A DNA stretch of 64,000 nt from sequence record PQ015378.1; one strand, 5' to 3'. A program made the position numbers and the translations under genes. Below the pieces are notes generated by a model. That model did no database searches, had not been told where the DNA came from, and saw only the letters and a list, made by a program, of their open reading frames with translations. Below are positions 39,712-48,376 of this stretch, piece after piece (position 1 is the stretch's first letter; every line of letters starts with the position of its first letter).

Positions 39712-41700
39712 TTAACCTTGGACGAGGTTAGTGTCTCGAATGTGGAAGATCTTCCCAGTGATCGAGTCTTTGATGTACCAGTTCAACAACCAGAGGTCTT
39801 TCGCTGTCTTGGGATGCTTGACCCATTTCATGGTCAGGTCTTCCCAGTAATAGACAGCTGCGTTCTCAACGATTACGATACAGTCACCGCGGTTAGCGAT
39901 AGCGGGTTGATTGGCAAGGAACAATGCTTCAGTCTGATAGATAGCGGCATTGAGTGGATCATAGATCGGGTTAGTAAATGGTAGCCGCCCTTTACCCAAC
40001 TCACCCCACACACCTAACAGCTTCGACTGGCCCATGTTTCGAGCAGTGGTGTAATATTTGTCCACGTGTGTGGTGATAACCGCCATCGACTCGGCGTACG
40101 TCTTTCCATTGAAGAACGGATGCTTGGCGATCTGAGCTGGCCATGTAGTCATCGACATCGACGCTTGATTGTACTGGACAGGAGACGGGTTGTTGATAAC
40201 CGTTGACATTGTGTACTCAAATGGAGCCTTGATCTTGAACTCCACCTTCGATGTGGACGATGCTACAATCGGTGCACCTGATCCACCAAACGGCTGATAC
40301 GAGGTATTCCATGATCCGTTAAGTAATGCAGTGCGGAAGTAACCACACAGTTTACCTTCAACCCAGATCTCTCCGTCCATGGTCCGTTCTGAAGGAGTAA
40401 TCGTTGTTACCGATAGATCTACGATGCCAAACGGTGTCGTGAAGTTACCACCGACTGTTCGACTGAACGAATCCTGTAGTGTGAAGTCCGCCGGGTCGAT
40501 AATCGTGAAACGCATCGGTCGGGTTAGGATCGTACCATCATCCAGCTGAGCCAACACGTTCACACGGTAGGTACCCTTGGTGCTGTAGGTTTTCGTCCAC
40601 ACTGTATTTGGATCAACTTCATCCGTGGTGTACAATTGTGGAATCACCAACGACTCAGACCCACCAGCAAAGATGTAGTCGTCATTCGTCAGGCCATCCA
40701 ACAGTGGGTGATCACCTGGACCTCCGTTCAAGGAAAGCTGCCGCCGAATCTCACTGACTGGTACTGGGTCACGCCACACGTCACCACTGAAATAAGTACT
40801 GAAGTATTTGGCAATACGGTTAACATCTGGAGAGAAGATGTACCCGTTCTGCGCATCTTCAATGTCAGTGAAGTTCTTGTTGGTATGGTCAGTGATGAGG
40901 ATTAGTCCATTACCGTTCATCCGATATAGTGAAAGCTCTTCCGCACACTTTACCGTCAATCGGCGTTGGGACTCTGTGACCACAGGAGCATACGCAGTCG
41001 TACCCATGAAGATAACAGCTGCGAACTGATCCAGGTAAGCAAGATCGTAGTCGTACTTATCTGTGGTGGTTGGTGGTTGGGTGAGTGTTACTTCCCAGTT
41101 ACCCAGCTTACCGATAATCTCCAATGAATCTTTGAAGCTTGCCGAGCGAAGAGCGTAATTGGCGTAACCAGGTTGTCCCTGACCGACTGGTGGGACCCCA
41201 CGAACAGACATCACCGCATTGTAATGTTCAGTCGGCTTCGCGGTGTTCATAACCAGAATCTTTCGGTTACCAGCCAGAACTTTTCGAGGGTTTGCGCAGA
41301 ACTTCAAGCAGTTATCGAGGTACTTGAATGCCGGTGGCACTTGCGACCACGAGGTGAACTGGTCCAGGGGTGGAATAGTGTTACCGTGCATCGCGTAGAC
41401 GTGTGAGTTATAGAACTTGGGGAACCCACCATCAAATGTCACGTTTCCTCGACCATCCTGCGTAACCGCAATGAATGGTCGGTCCACTTTTGGGTTTGTG
41501 TTTGCATCAGCCGCTGCCTTATCTGGTGGTGACGGGATCGGGAGAATCGGACCATTGTCGTAGGCCAAGATCTCAGTAAGCACAGGTGCGCGATCATCGG
41601 TGGTGATGATCGCTTTACGAGTGTTCGGTGGGAATGTCACTCGGATAGTTTGACCTGTGGCATAGCGACCAGGCTCCACGTTGGAGATGATCTCTGCCAT
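39712..41700 (-). CDS. Putative virion structural / tail-associated protein
   Basis: 662 aa, beta-rich and Thr/Pro-rich; in a late-type operon with the helicase. Confidence 0.5.
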   Translation of the reverse strand: MAEIISNVEPGRYATGQTIRVTFPPNTRKAIITTDDRAPVLTEILAYDNGPILPIPSPPDKAAADANTNPKVDRPFIAVTQDGRGNVTFDGGFPKFYNSHVYAMHGNTIPPLDQFTSWSQVPPAFKYLDNCLKFCANPRKVLAGNRKILVMNTAKPTEHYNAVMSVRGVPPVGQGQPGYANYALRSASFKDSLEIIGKLGNWEVTLTQPPTTTDKYDYDLAYLDQFAAVIFMGTTAYAPVVTESQRRLTVKCAEELSLYRMNGNGLILITDHTNKNFTDIEDAQNGYIFSPDVNRIAKYFSTYFSGDVWRDPVPVSEIRRQLSLNGGPGDHPLLDGLTNDDYIFAGGSESLVIPQLYTTDEVDPNTVWTKTYSTKGTYRVNVLAQLDDGTILTRPMRFTIIDPADFTLQDSFSRTVGGNFTTPFGIVDLSVTTITPSERTMDGEIWVEGKLCGYFRTALLNGSWNTSYQPFGGSGAPIVASSTSKVEFKIKAPFEYTMSTVINNPSPVQYNQASMSMTTWPAQIAKHPFFNGKTYAESMAVITTHVDKYYTTARNMGQSKLLGVWGELGKGRLPFTNPIYDPLNAAIYQTEALFLANQPAIANRGDCIVIVENAAVYYWEDLTMKWVKHPKTAKDLWLLNWYIKDSITGKIFHIRDTNLVQG

Positions 41701-41711
41701 TGTATTTCCTC

Positions 41712-42074
41712 TTATGGACGTTTGACAGGCATGGTGAGTTTCAGATAGAACTTCACGACCCCGTTATAGTTACTACGGATCAGGATCTTGCCGTCGGTTT
41801 GGATTTCCCACTTCAGTACCGCCGAAGCGTCGATGATTGGGGGGTTGGTGGGAATCGTCGGATCTTCAATACGTAGCTGAATACCAGTCGATTGGTGGTA
41901 GTGGGTTGCGGTAGTGAACTCCAGGAGAGCTGGGGCATCGATTGTGGTTGTGCCGTTCGCTGCGATCTGATCGGCGACGTAAGAGATCTTCTCACCACCG
42001 AGACCACCGGCTTCCAATTTCAGTAGATAGCCATTGATCTCAGCGATCATCTGGGCTTGAGTCATTGCAGCCAT
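41712..42074 (-). CDS. Putative small virion protein
   Basis: 120 aa; SD AGGAGG. Confidence 0.5.
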   Translation of the reverse strand: MAAMTQAQMIAEINGYLLKLEAGGLGGEKISYVADQIAANGTTTIDAPALLEFTTATHYHQSTGIQLRIEDPTIPTNPPIIDASAVLKWEIQTDGKILIRSNYNGVVKFYLKLTMPVKRP

Positions 42075-42083
42075 TATGGCCTC

Positions 42084-44273
42084 CTATCGCATCCACGCCG
42101 GGACACGGTTGTTGGTTTTGGGAAGTTCAAATTGACGACGATCGATCTGGATATCCAAATGCTCGAAGCCTTTAGACAGAACACCGTACATCAGTTTATG
42201 TTCGTCGAATTCTTTCGGTTGTTCGGCGATGAAGGATTCAAAAGCTTCCTTCTGCTCAAATGGAGACTTGACACCAGTGATCGCTTCCACCATCTCTTGA
42301 GACCATGCCAAGATATCAGCACTACGTGTTGAGATATTAGGAATATCGCCAGTGTCCAGAGTAGTGGTGTATACCACTGTCTGGGAATCCTGTCCGATAC
42401 GGTAGATACGCGCAATGGCCTGCTCCAGGATATATGAACGGAATGGGTTGTTCAGGATCAACATGGTATCAGCCATGGTGAGTCGAACAGCGGTAGCCAG
42501 GGAAGCATACGTTGCTAACAGTGGGTTCAGCTTCGGTTCTTTGTCGAAACGCCCAACAATCGATGCCAGTTCGTTCGAGGTCTTACCATAGACTGCAATC
42601 GGAGTCATCCCTAGTTTGCGGGTATGCATGTCCGAAGCTTCCAGGGCTTCTACGAACGAGGTGAACATGATCGTTTTCTTGTGGGTAGATTCTACGATCC
42701 CTACCCAGTCAACGTGTGGAACCATAGCGACGTGACATTCAATACGCTTACCACCCAGGATACGACCCAGACATTCACCTTGGATCTTGAGCATCACGTA
42801 TTTGATCACAGACTTGACATCACGGAACTTGTGAATCATGGTCTGTGGCAACGAAGGACCGAATACCATCTTCTCATAGCGGTTTGTAGCCTTGATCTCT
42901 TCGCCTGTCTCTCGTGGGTCAGGGTTAGAGATAACGATCTTCAGAACGCGTCTGTATTCGTTGTAGGCGGCAATCTGCTCTTTGGTCTTGAGGGAACGTT
43001 CGTGCAGCGTGATACACTCGGCCCAATAAGCTTCATCTTCCTTACGACGATCCTGGTAATATTTCACCCGTTGTTTGATGAACTCTTCCATGACCTTCTT
43101 GATTACGGGGAGAGTAAAGTCATTACCATTCGGAATCTTGACTTTGTAGGACTTCATGATTGGTTTCTTCAAACCAGTCGAGTCCTCCGTCTTAGCGATG
43201 AAGAACGACATGTAACCCATCCGGTGCCGGATGATGTCCAGGCCTTTACCACCTTCTTTACCGTAGATCAAACGGAAGCGTGCTTCTACTTCAGGAGTGA
43301 ACAGAGGATCGGCAACAGTCATCAGCGTAATGAGCTCTGCACCCAGTGCTTTCACCGGAGTACCCGAGGCCAGTATGTTGTCCTGAGAACCGAGAGCCTT
43401 AACACACGCAATGTACATCTGTGTTTGCAGAGACTTCGGATCGTTCATGTTGTGCGATTCGTCGAGGGCGGTCATGATCTTGAGGCCATTAAACACACCG
43501 GTCTGAATCAGGTTCAGGAAGTTGGTCAGCCACTGATAGTGAACCACAACGATCTTCTCGTTGTTGTAGGGTCGACCCATCTCTGAGGACCAAACTGTAG
43601 GGGCGCTACCAGCCGTATACATCTCTTCGAGGGCGATGGTATCACTGAGGTCGTTATGATCCTCCAGTGCAACCTTAGGAGGCTCTACGTCCTCCATCGA
43701 AGGAACCCAAACAGTATTGACTGCTCGCTTCTCACAGAAGATCACAATACGGTCAGCTTTAACCATCTCACCGATGGCAGTACACATGAACGTCTTACCT
43801 GTACCTGGTTCTGCGTGCAGCAGATCGCCAGTCAAGCCCCACTTGTCGAGACGTGTAGAGTACGACTTGAAGTATTCCATCTGTTCCGCTTTCGGAGCAA
43901 ACTTCATCTTCTTCAATGCCGAGAAGTCCAGGCGCCCTGGAGCATTTGGATCTTCAGGTTGGAAGGCACGTTTCACCCAGGTGTGTTCCAGCAATCCAGC
44001 CCGGATAGCCGCAGCGGTTTTCACCGAGATGTAACGGGAGCGATAGTTCATTACGCTGTCGAGGATATAAAGGAAGTCCGGAGCGAAGAACTTGTAGAAC
44101 CGTAGCTCGGTTCGTGAAGCGTAGTTGAAAATATTAGTAGCGATACGGGAAGTCTTCCAGTACATGGAAATATCACGAACTAGGTGTAGGCCGTTGATAC
44201 CAGAGATGATGATCTCGTTACCTTGTTCTTTGACTTGGATAATCCCCGCTAGCTTTCGGAAAAAGCTGTTCAT
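42084..44273 (-). CDS. SNF2/SF2 helicase (phiKZ gp203-like)
   Basis: Walker A AEPGTGKT, DESH box, SGTP motif III, EQAIARIYRIGQ motif VI. Confidence 0.88.
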   Translation of the reverse strand: MNSFFRKLAGIIQVKEQGNEIIISGINGLHLVRDISMYWKTSRIATNIFNYASRTELRFYKFFAPDFLYILDSVMNYRSRYISVKTAAAIRAGLLEHTWVKRAFQPEDPNAPGRLDFSALKKMKFAPKAEQMEYFKSYSTRLDKWGLTGDLLHAEPGTGKTFMCTAIGEMVKADRIVIFCEKRAVNTVWVPSMEDVEPPKVALEDHNDLSDTIALEEMYTAGSAPTVWSSEMGRPYNNEKIVVVHYQWLTNFLNLIQTGVFNGLKIMTALDESHNMNDPKSLQTQMYIACVKALGSQDNILASGTPVKALGAELITLMTVADPLFTPEVEARFRLIYGKEGGKGLDIIRHRMGYMSFFIAKTEDSTGLKKPIMKSYKVKIPNGNDFTLPVIKKVMEEFIKQRVKYYQDRRKEDEAYWAECITLHERSLKTKEQIAAYNEYRRVLKIVISNPDPRETGEEIKATNRYEKMVFGPSLPQTMIHKFRDVKSVIKYVMLKIQGECLGRILGGKRIECHVAMVPHVDWVGIVESTHKKTIMFTSFVEALEASDMHTRKLGMTPIAVYGKTSNELASIVGRFDKEPKLNPLLATYASLATAVRLTMADTMLILNNPFRSYILEQAIARIYRIGQDSQTVVYTTTLDTGDIPNISTRSADILAWSQEMVEAITGVKSPFEQKEAFESFIAEQPKEFDEHKLMYGVLSKGFEHLDIQIDRRQFELPKTNNRVPAWMR

Positions 44274-44324
44274 TGTTAGAGCCTTGCTTTTATTAAGAAG
44301 TCATAAGATTAGCCCTCGTGTAAA

Positions 44325-44334
44325 GAACTACATA
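44325..44334 (-). promoter_or_regulatory. Putative late promoter for the helicase operon
   Basis: Reverse complement is TATGTAGTTC, identical to 21289-21298. Confidence 0.55.
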
Positions 44335-44348
44335 CCTGTCACAATACT

Positions 44349-44467
44349 ATAGACAAGGACCCGCGCTTAAGCGCAGTCCATGAGGAGGTGATCCAGCCCT
44401 TGCTATCCCATGAGCGTGACCATTACTGCCGGGAGGCGGCAAATGCTCATACACGTGCCTTGTCTAT
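44349..44467 (+). ncRNA. Putative structured ncRNA with a segment complementary to the 16S rRNA 3' end
   Basis: 10-bp closing stem ATAGACAAGG/CCTTGTCTAT, internal hairpins, AGGAGGTGATCCAGCC at 44383-44398, terminator downstream, no credible ORF. Confidence 0.65.
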
Positions 44468-44484
44468 TAGAGCCTGACCTCTGG

Positions 44485-44517
44485 TGGTTACCTTCGGGTA
44501 ACCATTATGTCCTTTTT
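44485..44517 (+). terminator. Intrinsic terminator closing the putative ncRNA
   Basis: TGGTTACC-ttcg-GGTAACCA-ttatgtcc-ttttt. Confidence 0.8.
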
Positions 44518-44537
44518 CAGTGCACGGAATTTCAAAT

Positions 44538-44553
44538 CTATATTACGTGCATG
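44538..44553 (+). promoter_or_regulatory. Putative early promoter
   Basis: CTATATTAC-N5-TG. Confidence 0.7.
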
Positions 44554-44576
44554 CATCCCAATCGGAGTATTTAAAC

Positions 44577-45017
44577 ATGCAACAGGAAAACAACTTCACT
44601 CTGGCACTCGGCAATATCGAAGGCAAAGCAAACTTCGGTACTGATGATGTTGAAGGTCAAGTCTTCAAAGAGTTCCCGGACCAACTGCACATTCTGGAGT
44701 CTTTCGATATCCTGACCTATGATCAGGTCTGGGACCATCTGTTCACCGACAAGTTCTTCGAGCTCACCCCATCGTCTCTCGATAACGGTATCATGGAAGC
44801 AGCCAATCAGCGCTGCGTCTATACCAACTCTGCGGACATGGAATCGGAAGTACGCATTTTCGTGACCATCTCTCTCCCAGGGCGTCTGGCACCAAACGAG
44901 AAACTGCACCTGATGCAGAACGCTGTTGCTGCTGGTTACACCATCGAACCAATCCGACTACATGGCCTGGGCGCCTGCGTCTACTCCGAGATCACCATTT
45001 CCAAGGACCCTGCGTGA
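44577..45017 (+). CDS. Hypothetical protein (146 aa)
   Basis: ATG 44577 after SD GGAG. Confidence 0.75.
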   Translation: MQQENNFTLALGNIEGKANFGTDDVEGQVFKEFPDQLHILESFDILTYDQVWDHLFTDKFFELTPSSLDNGIMEAANQRCVYTNSADMESEVRIFVTISLPGRLAPNEKLHLMQNAVAAGYTIEPIRLHGLGACVYSEITISKDPA

Positions 45018-45457
45018 TGGCAAAGCAAAAGCAACCAACATACCGCGTCGAGTTCGAAGGTGTGGGTGTTGTGCTTGAAAATGTCCGACTGGTCAGACTC
45101 ACTCGCAAGTTTGCGTCTGATCCGCACATCTTCCACCTGGACCAGAAACCTACCGGTTGGCTGATGCTGGCCACTGAAGGTTTCCTCAACGAAGACGACG
45201 TGTTCCATCCGATCGAGATCATCCGCCCTGCGGATACGATCCCAGAGCGAGACTTCCATCCTAACCTGATGGTTCGGGATGGTTGTGCTTGTCCGGTATC
45301 GAAGCACACTTCGTTGACTGCCTTCCCCACGAAAGAATTCTACAACGTAGACCAACTTAGTGATGGTAGTTTCCGAATCGCTTATACCCGTGGGATGTTC
45401 CCTAAGGACTTCATCCACCGCAACGTCGAGCGAATCACTTTCACTCCGGAGCAATAA
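45017..45457 (+). CDS. Hypothetical protein
   Basis: TGATG coupling with the upstream gene. Confidence 0.75.
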   Translation: MAKQKQPTYRVEFEGVGVVLENVRLVRLTRKFASDPHIFHLDQKPTGWLMLATEGFLNEDDVFHPIEIIRPADTIPERDFHPNLMVRDGCACPVSKHTSLTAFPTKEFYNVDQLSDGSFRIAYTRGMFPKDFIHRNVERITFTPEQ

Positions 45458-45990
45458 TGCAACTCAAGAACCCCCTCCAAAAATGGCAAATCGAAAAGTA
45501 CCTGACTGACCACGTGTTGGTCGTAGCTCCGACAATCGAGCTGGTGCACCAGTTCCTCAAGCGCGATCGCATCGAAGAAGGCATCGTGGTTCCTCTACAG
45601 GAAGCACTGCAGAACGAACCGCTACCCGGTGACATCTATTGGGTTCAGGCGGAAACTGTCCAGGAGCTGATGATCAAAAAGATTCCAGGCCTGGAAGATG
45701 CAGATCCATCAATCTTCACCGATGCTCATCTTATCGCGCTGATCCATGATGAGTTTCACTGGAAGGCTATCCAGCCTGGTTCGATCAGGTGGCGCGGTGC
45801 AGAAGTTCTACCTAAACTGGACACCCTACCGTGGGTGAATCCGGAATGGGAAAAGGTCGGTCGTATTCATGACTGGCGCAACTACGTTTCGGATGAATTC
45901 AAACGCATCTGGGACACACTCGACATTCAGGTACGCCGTCTGGTGTATCTCTCCGCTGATCAACAAGCAAGCAACGAGGAATGGGACTGA
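45457..45990 (+). CDS. Hypothetical protein with C-terminal HDWRNYV domain
   Basis: TAATG coupling; SD GGAG. Confidence 0.75.
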   Translation: MQLKNPLQKWQIEKYLTDHVLVVAPTIELVHQFLKRDRIEEGIVVPLQEALQNEPLPGDIYWVQAETVQELMIKKIPGLEDADPSIFTDAHLIALIHDEFHWKAIQPGSIRWRGAEVLPKLDTLPWVNPEWEKVGRIHDWRNYVSDEFKRIWDTLDIQVRRLVYLSADQQASNEEWD

Positions 45991-47039
45991 TGGAAATTCG
46001 TGTAGGTAACCGCAACTCCGAAATGGGCTTCCGTCGTATGGCTCTGGTTCAACGTCAGGGTCACACTTATGTCTTCGGTGCAGATGAGAAAGAAGCAAAT
46101 GCTCTCCGCACCCAGATCCCATTCAAGATCGCCTTCAACCGTGAAACCCAGATGTGGCAGGTAAACGAATCCTGTTCGATGAGCATTCGTATCGGCGATT
46201 CTATCTGTTGCTTCGTCGGGTATTTCAACAACCGTCCGGACACTGTGTTCTTTACCCACGAAGAATACGCGATGCCGCCACATGACAAAGGCTACACCAT
46301 CATCAATGATGAAGGCTTCTGCCAGTTGATCGACATCACTACTCCAGACAACAACGTGATCACAGGCCACGACTGGGACGCTTCCCTAGAACAGATCCTG
46401 TCCCACATCTTCCCTCTCGACTTCGAGTCCGTAGGACCTAAGGGTGAGATCGGTCCATCCAGTTTCGAGGCAGGTATCGAGCTGGACGTAACTCCAGCGG
46501 GCTTCAATCCCGATCACCATCCTTCTGAGCCGGAAGCGATTGAGCCCGAGTTCGACGAGCTCCCGCATGTCCTTCGCCCGAATGTGACTGATGCTCAAAT
46601 GCACGATGCCATTCTAGACATGAGTATGGTTGCTGACAACTCCCAAACAGCGCGCGAAGCCATGGTACACGAACACCGCGCTGTGGACATGCTGCGCACG
46701 TCCATTGACCGTGAGCATGAAGCTGTCGCCCAGATCCATCGCGCGTATGGTGACGACTTCGCTGGTGTAATGATCGTCCGTGAACTCGCACGCCGCTACA
46801 AAGAAATGCTACGGGTAGATTCGAGCTCCCACATCGATCGTTCGAAAGAACCTCATGGCAAACACACCTCGCTGGTCCACCTGCGTTGGATGCTCGATGA
46901 GTTGATGGGCAACTACGAACAGTCCCTCACCAAGAAACATCGCTGGCTTGGTTTCGTACAAGCCCTGCTGGTTGTCTACGGTTACACTTCCGTGGATCGT
47001 GAGCGTGACTACACCAGGGACATCTTCAACGGACAATGA
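45981..47039 (+). CDS. Multi-domain hypothetical protein (C-terminal KKHRWLGFVQ domain)
   Basis: 352 aa. Confidence 0.75.
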   Translation: MGLMEIRVGNRNSEMGFRRMALVQRQGHTYVFGADEKEANALRTQIPFKIAFNRETQMWQVNESCSMSIRIGDSICCFVGYFNNRPDTVFFTHEEYAMPPHDKGYTIINDEGFCQLIDITTPDNNVITGHDWDASLEQILSHIFPLDFESVGPKGEIGPSSFEAGIELDVTPAGFNPDHHPSEPEAIEPEFDELPHVLRPNVTDAQMHDAILDMSMVADNSQTAREAMVHEHRAVDMLRTSIDREHEAVAQIHRAYGDDFAGVMIVRELARRYKEMLRVDSSSHIDRSKEPHGKHTSLVHLRWMLDELMGNYEQSLTKKHRWLGFVQALLVVYGYTSVDRERDYTRDIFNGQ

Positions 47040-47042
47040 TCT

Positions 47043-47732
47043 GTGGATAGAAAAACCGATTGGGGCGCTGCAATAGGTCCCGGTATCACTAGACACTACC
47101 AGAACCGAATGCATGACGATCTTGCATTCGTTGCTGCCCTTAAACAAATACGCCCGGAGGATATCATGGGTGATTCACGCAGGTGGGCTGCTGAACAAGA
47201 AGAAGAAGAACGACTTCGCCGTCAAGCTCAGGCCAACCATCCGACCATTCACTGCAACCGGATGGAAAGTCCAGGTAACGTCAGTGTGTCAAAACCAGCA
47301 ACTCTCCCTCAACCAAAACCATTCGGTGCCATGTTGACCATTCCAGAAGATGTACTGAAACGCACAGCGCAGGAGTTCCCAAATGCAATCGCTCCCGCCG
47401 CACTTGAGCCAAGCCATGAACAGCATGGTGTCGGTTCTCACGAACTACCTGATGTTGTGTCACCAGAAGAGTGGGTTGACCGTTACACCCACATCTCTGC
47501 GTGTAAAGCCATCCTGTTGCTTGAAGCCGGTTTCCTTCGGTCAGTTCCGCAAGATGAAACCTGGGGCGCACACCGCAAGTTCATCCAGACCACTATCGAC
47601 TTCACATTCGATGGTCGTGTGTGGGATATCGTCAAGCAGAAGTACCTCGACGTGGGTTGGCAAGATCCGATCCAAGTCAAAGGCGCTACCGAGCTGCCTG
47701 GCAAAACCGTAGTCCGGCTGCACTTCCCATAA
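47043..47732 (+). CDS. Hypothetical protein
   Basis: 229 aa; start uncertain. Confidence 0.65.
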   Translation: MDRKTDWGAAIGPGITRHYQNRMHDDLAFVAALKQIRPEDIMGDSRRWAAEQEEEERLRRQAQANHPTIHCNRMESPGNVSVSKPATLPQPKPFGAMLTIPEDVLKRTAQEFPNAIAPAALEPSHEQHGVGSHELPDVVSPEEWVDRYTHISACKAILLLEAGFLRSVPQDETWGAHRKFIQTTIDFTFDGRVWDIVKQKYLDVGWQDPIQVKGATELPGKTVVRLHFP

Positions 47733-48376
47733 GCCACGTTGGTGTAGTGGCGGGAGTCGGTTCACGCACTGTGCCAGAGTGGGCACTCGAACTCATGATC
47801 CGTATAGGGAGAACTTATACGGACCTGGGTTATCAAATGTCATCAGGGGACGCATGGGATTCAGACCGTGCGTTCCTTTATGGCGCAGCGCAGTCGAAGC
47901 GATACCACGAAGTTGGCGCCCGTGTCTTTCTAGCGAAGGATGGTGATAATGGTCGCTGGGTAAAAGACAATCCGTTTTACTACGATGCAGAACTGGCCGA
48001 TCCTGATTCTGCATCTATGGCTCGTTCGATGGCATTCAATGCACGGGGTAGTTTCTACAACCTCGGGGAGAAAGGTATCAAGTTGCACATCCGCAACGTA
48101 TACCAGATCCATGACATTGATCTAACCGAACTGGTCTGTGCTATCTACTTGTACGCCGAACCCAACGGTAAGTCGAAGGTGCATGGCGGAACCAACACCG
48201 CGCTCCAGATTGCGAAAGCAGCTGAAGTGCCAATCATCAAAAACCTGTACTTCCAATCCACAGTTGACGAGATAGAAGCATGGCTTGCTGAACACGAGCA
48301 GGACTATCCTTACATCGATATCGACTGGACCCAAATTCATAGACCGGATGATCCCCGGTTGCAGGAGTTCGAATGA
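47729..48376 (+). CDS. SLOG/DprA-like protein
   Basis: AGVGSR.VP...LELM..I......GY...SGDA.DSD.AF and GGT..A pattern; start uncertain (ATA 47729 or GTG 47747). Confidence 0.65.
   Translation: MSHVGVVAGVGSRTVPEWALELMIRIGRTYTDLGYQMSSGDAWDSDRAFLYGAAQSKRYHEVGARVFLAKDGDNGRWVKDNPFYYDAELADPDSASMARSMAFNARGSFYNLGEKGIKLHIRNVYQIHDIDLTELVCAIYLYAEPNGKSKVHGGTNTALQIAKAAEVPIIKNLYFQSTVDEIEAWLAEHEQDYPYIDIDWTQIHRPDDPRLQEFE

Noticed and set aside
39706-39984. 92-aa plus-strand ORF starting in the TTATG arm of a hairpin
   Set aside because: It is antisense to the 662-aa gene, has no SD, and its ATG is part of the repeat arm.
44383-44398. Captured 16S rRNA gene fragment or primer contamination
   Set aside because: The match stops sharply at 16-18 nt with no helix-45 or ITS sequence, and sits inside a self-consistent stem whose flanks carry this phage's promoter motifs. 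A read check is still advisable because the sequence equals a common primer.
44410-44574. Short ORF after the strong SD-like sequence
   Set aside because: The start is 21 nt from GGAGG, the codon usage is atypical, and it runs through a terminator and the next promoter.
47621-47728. N-terminal extension of the SLOG ORF given in the track
   Set aside because: It overlaps the well-formed upstream gene by 112 nt and precedes the family's normal N-terminus.
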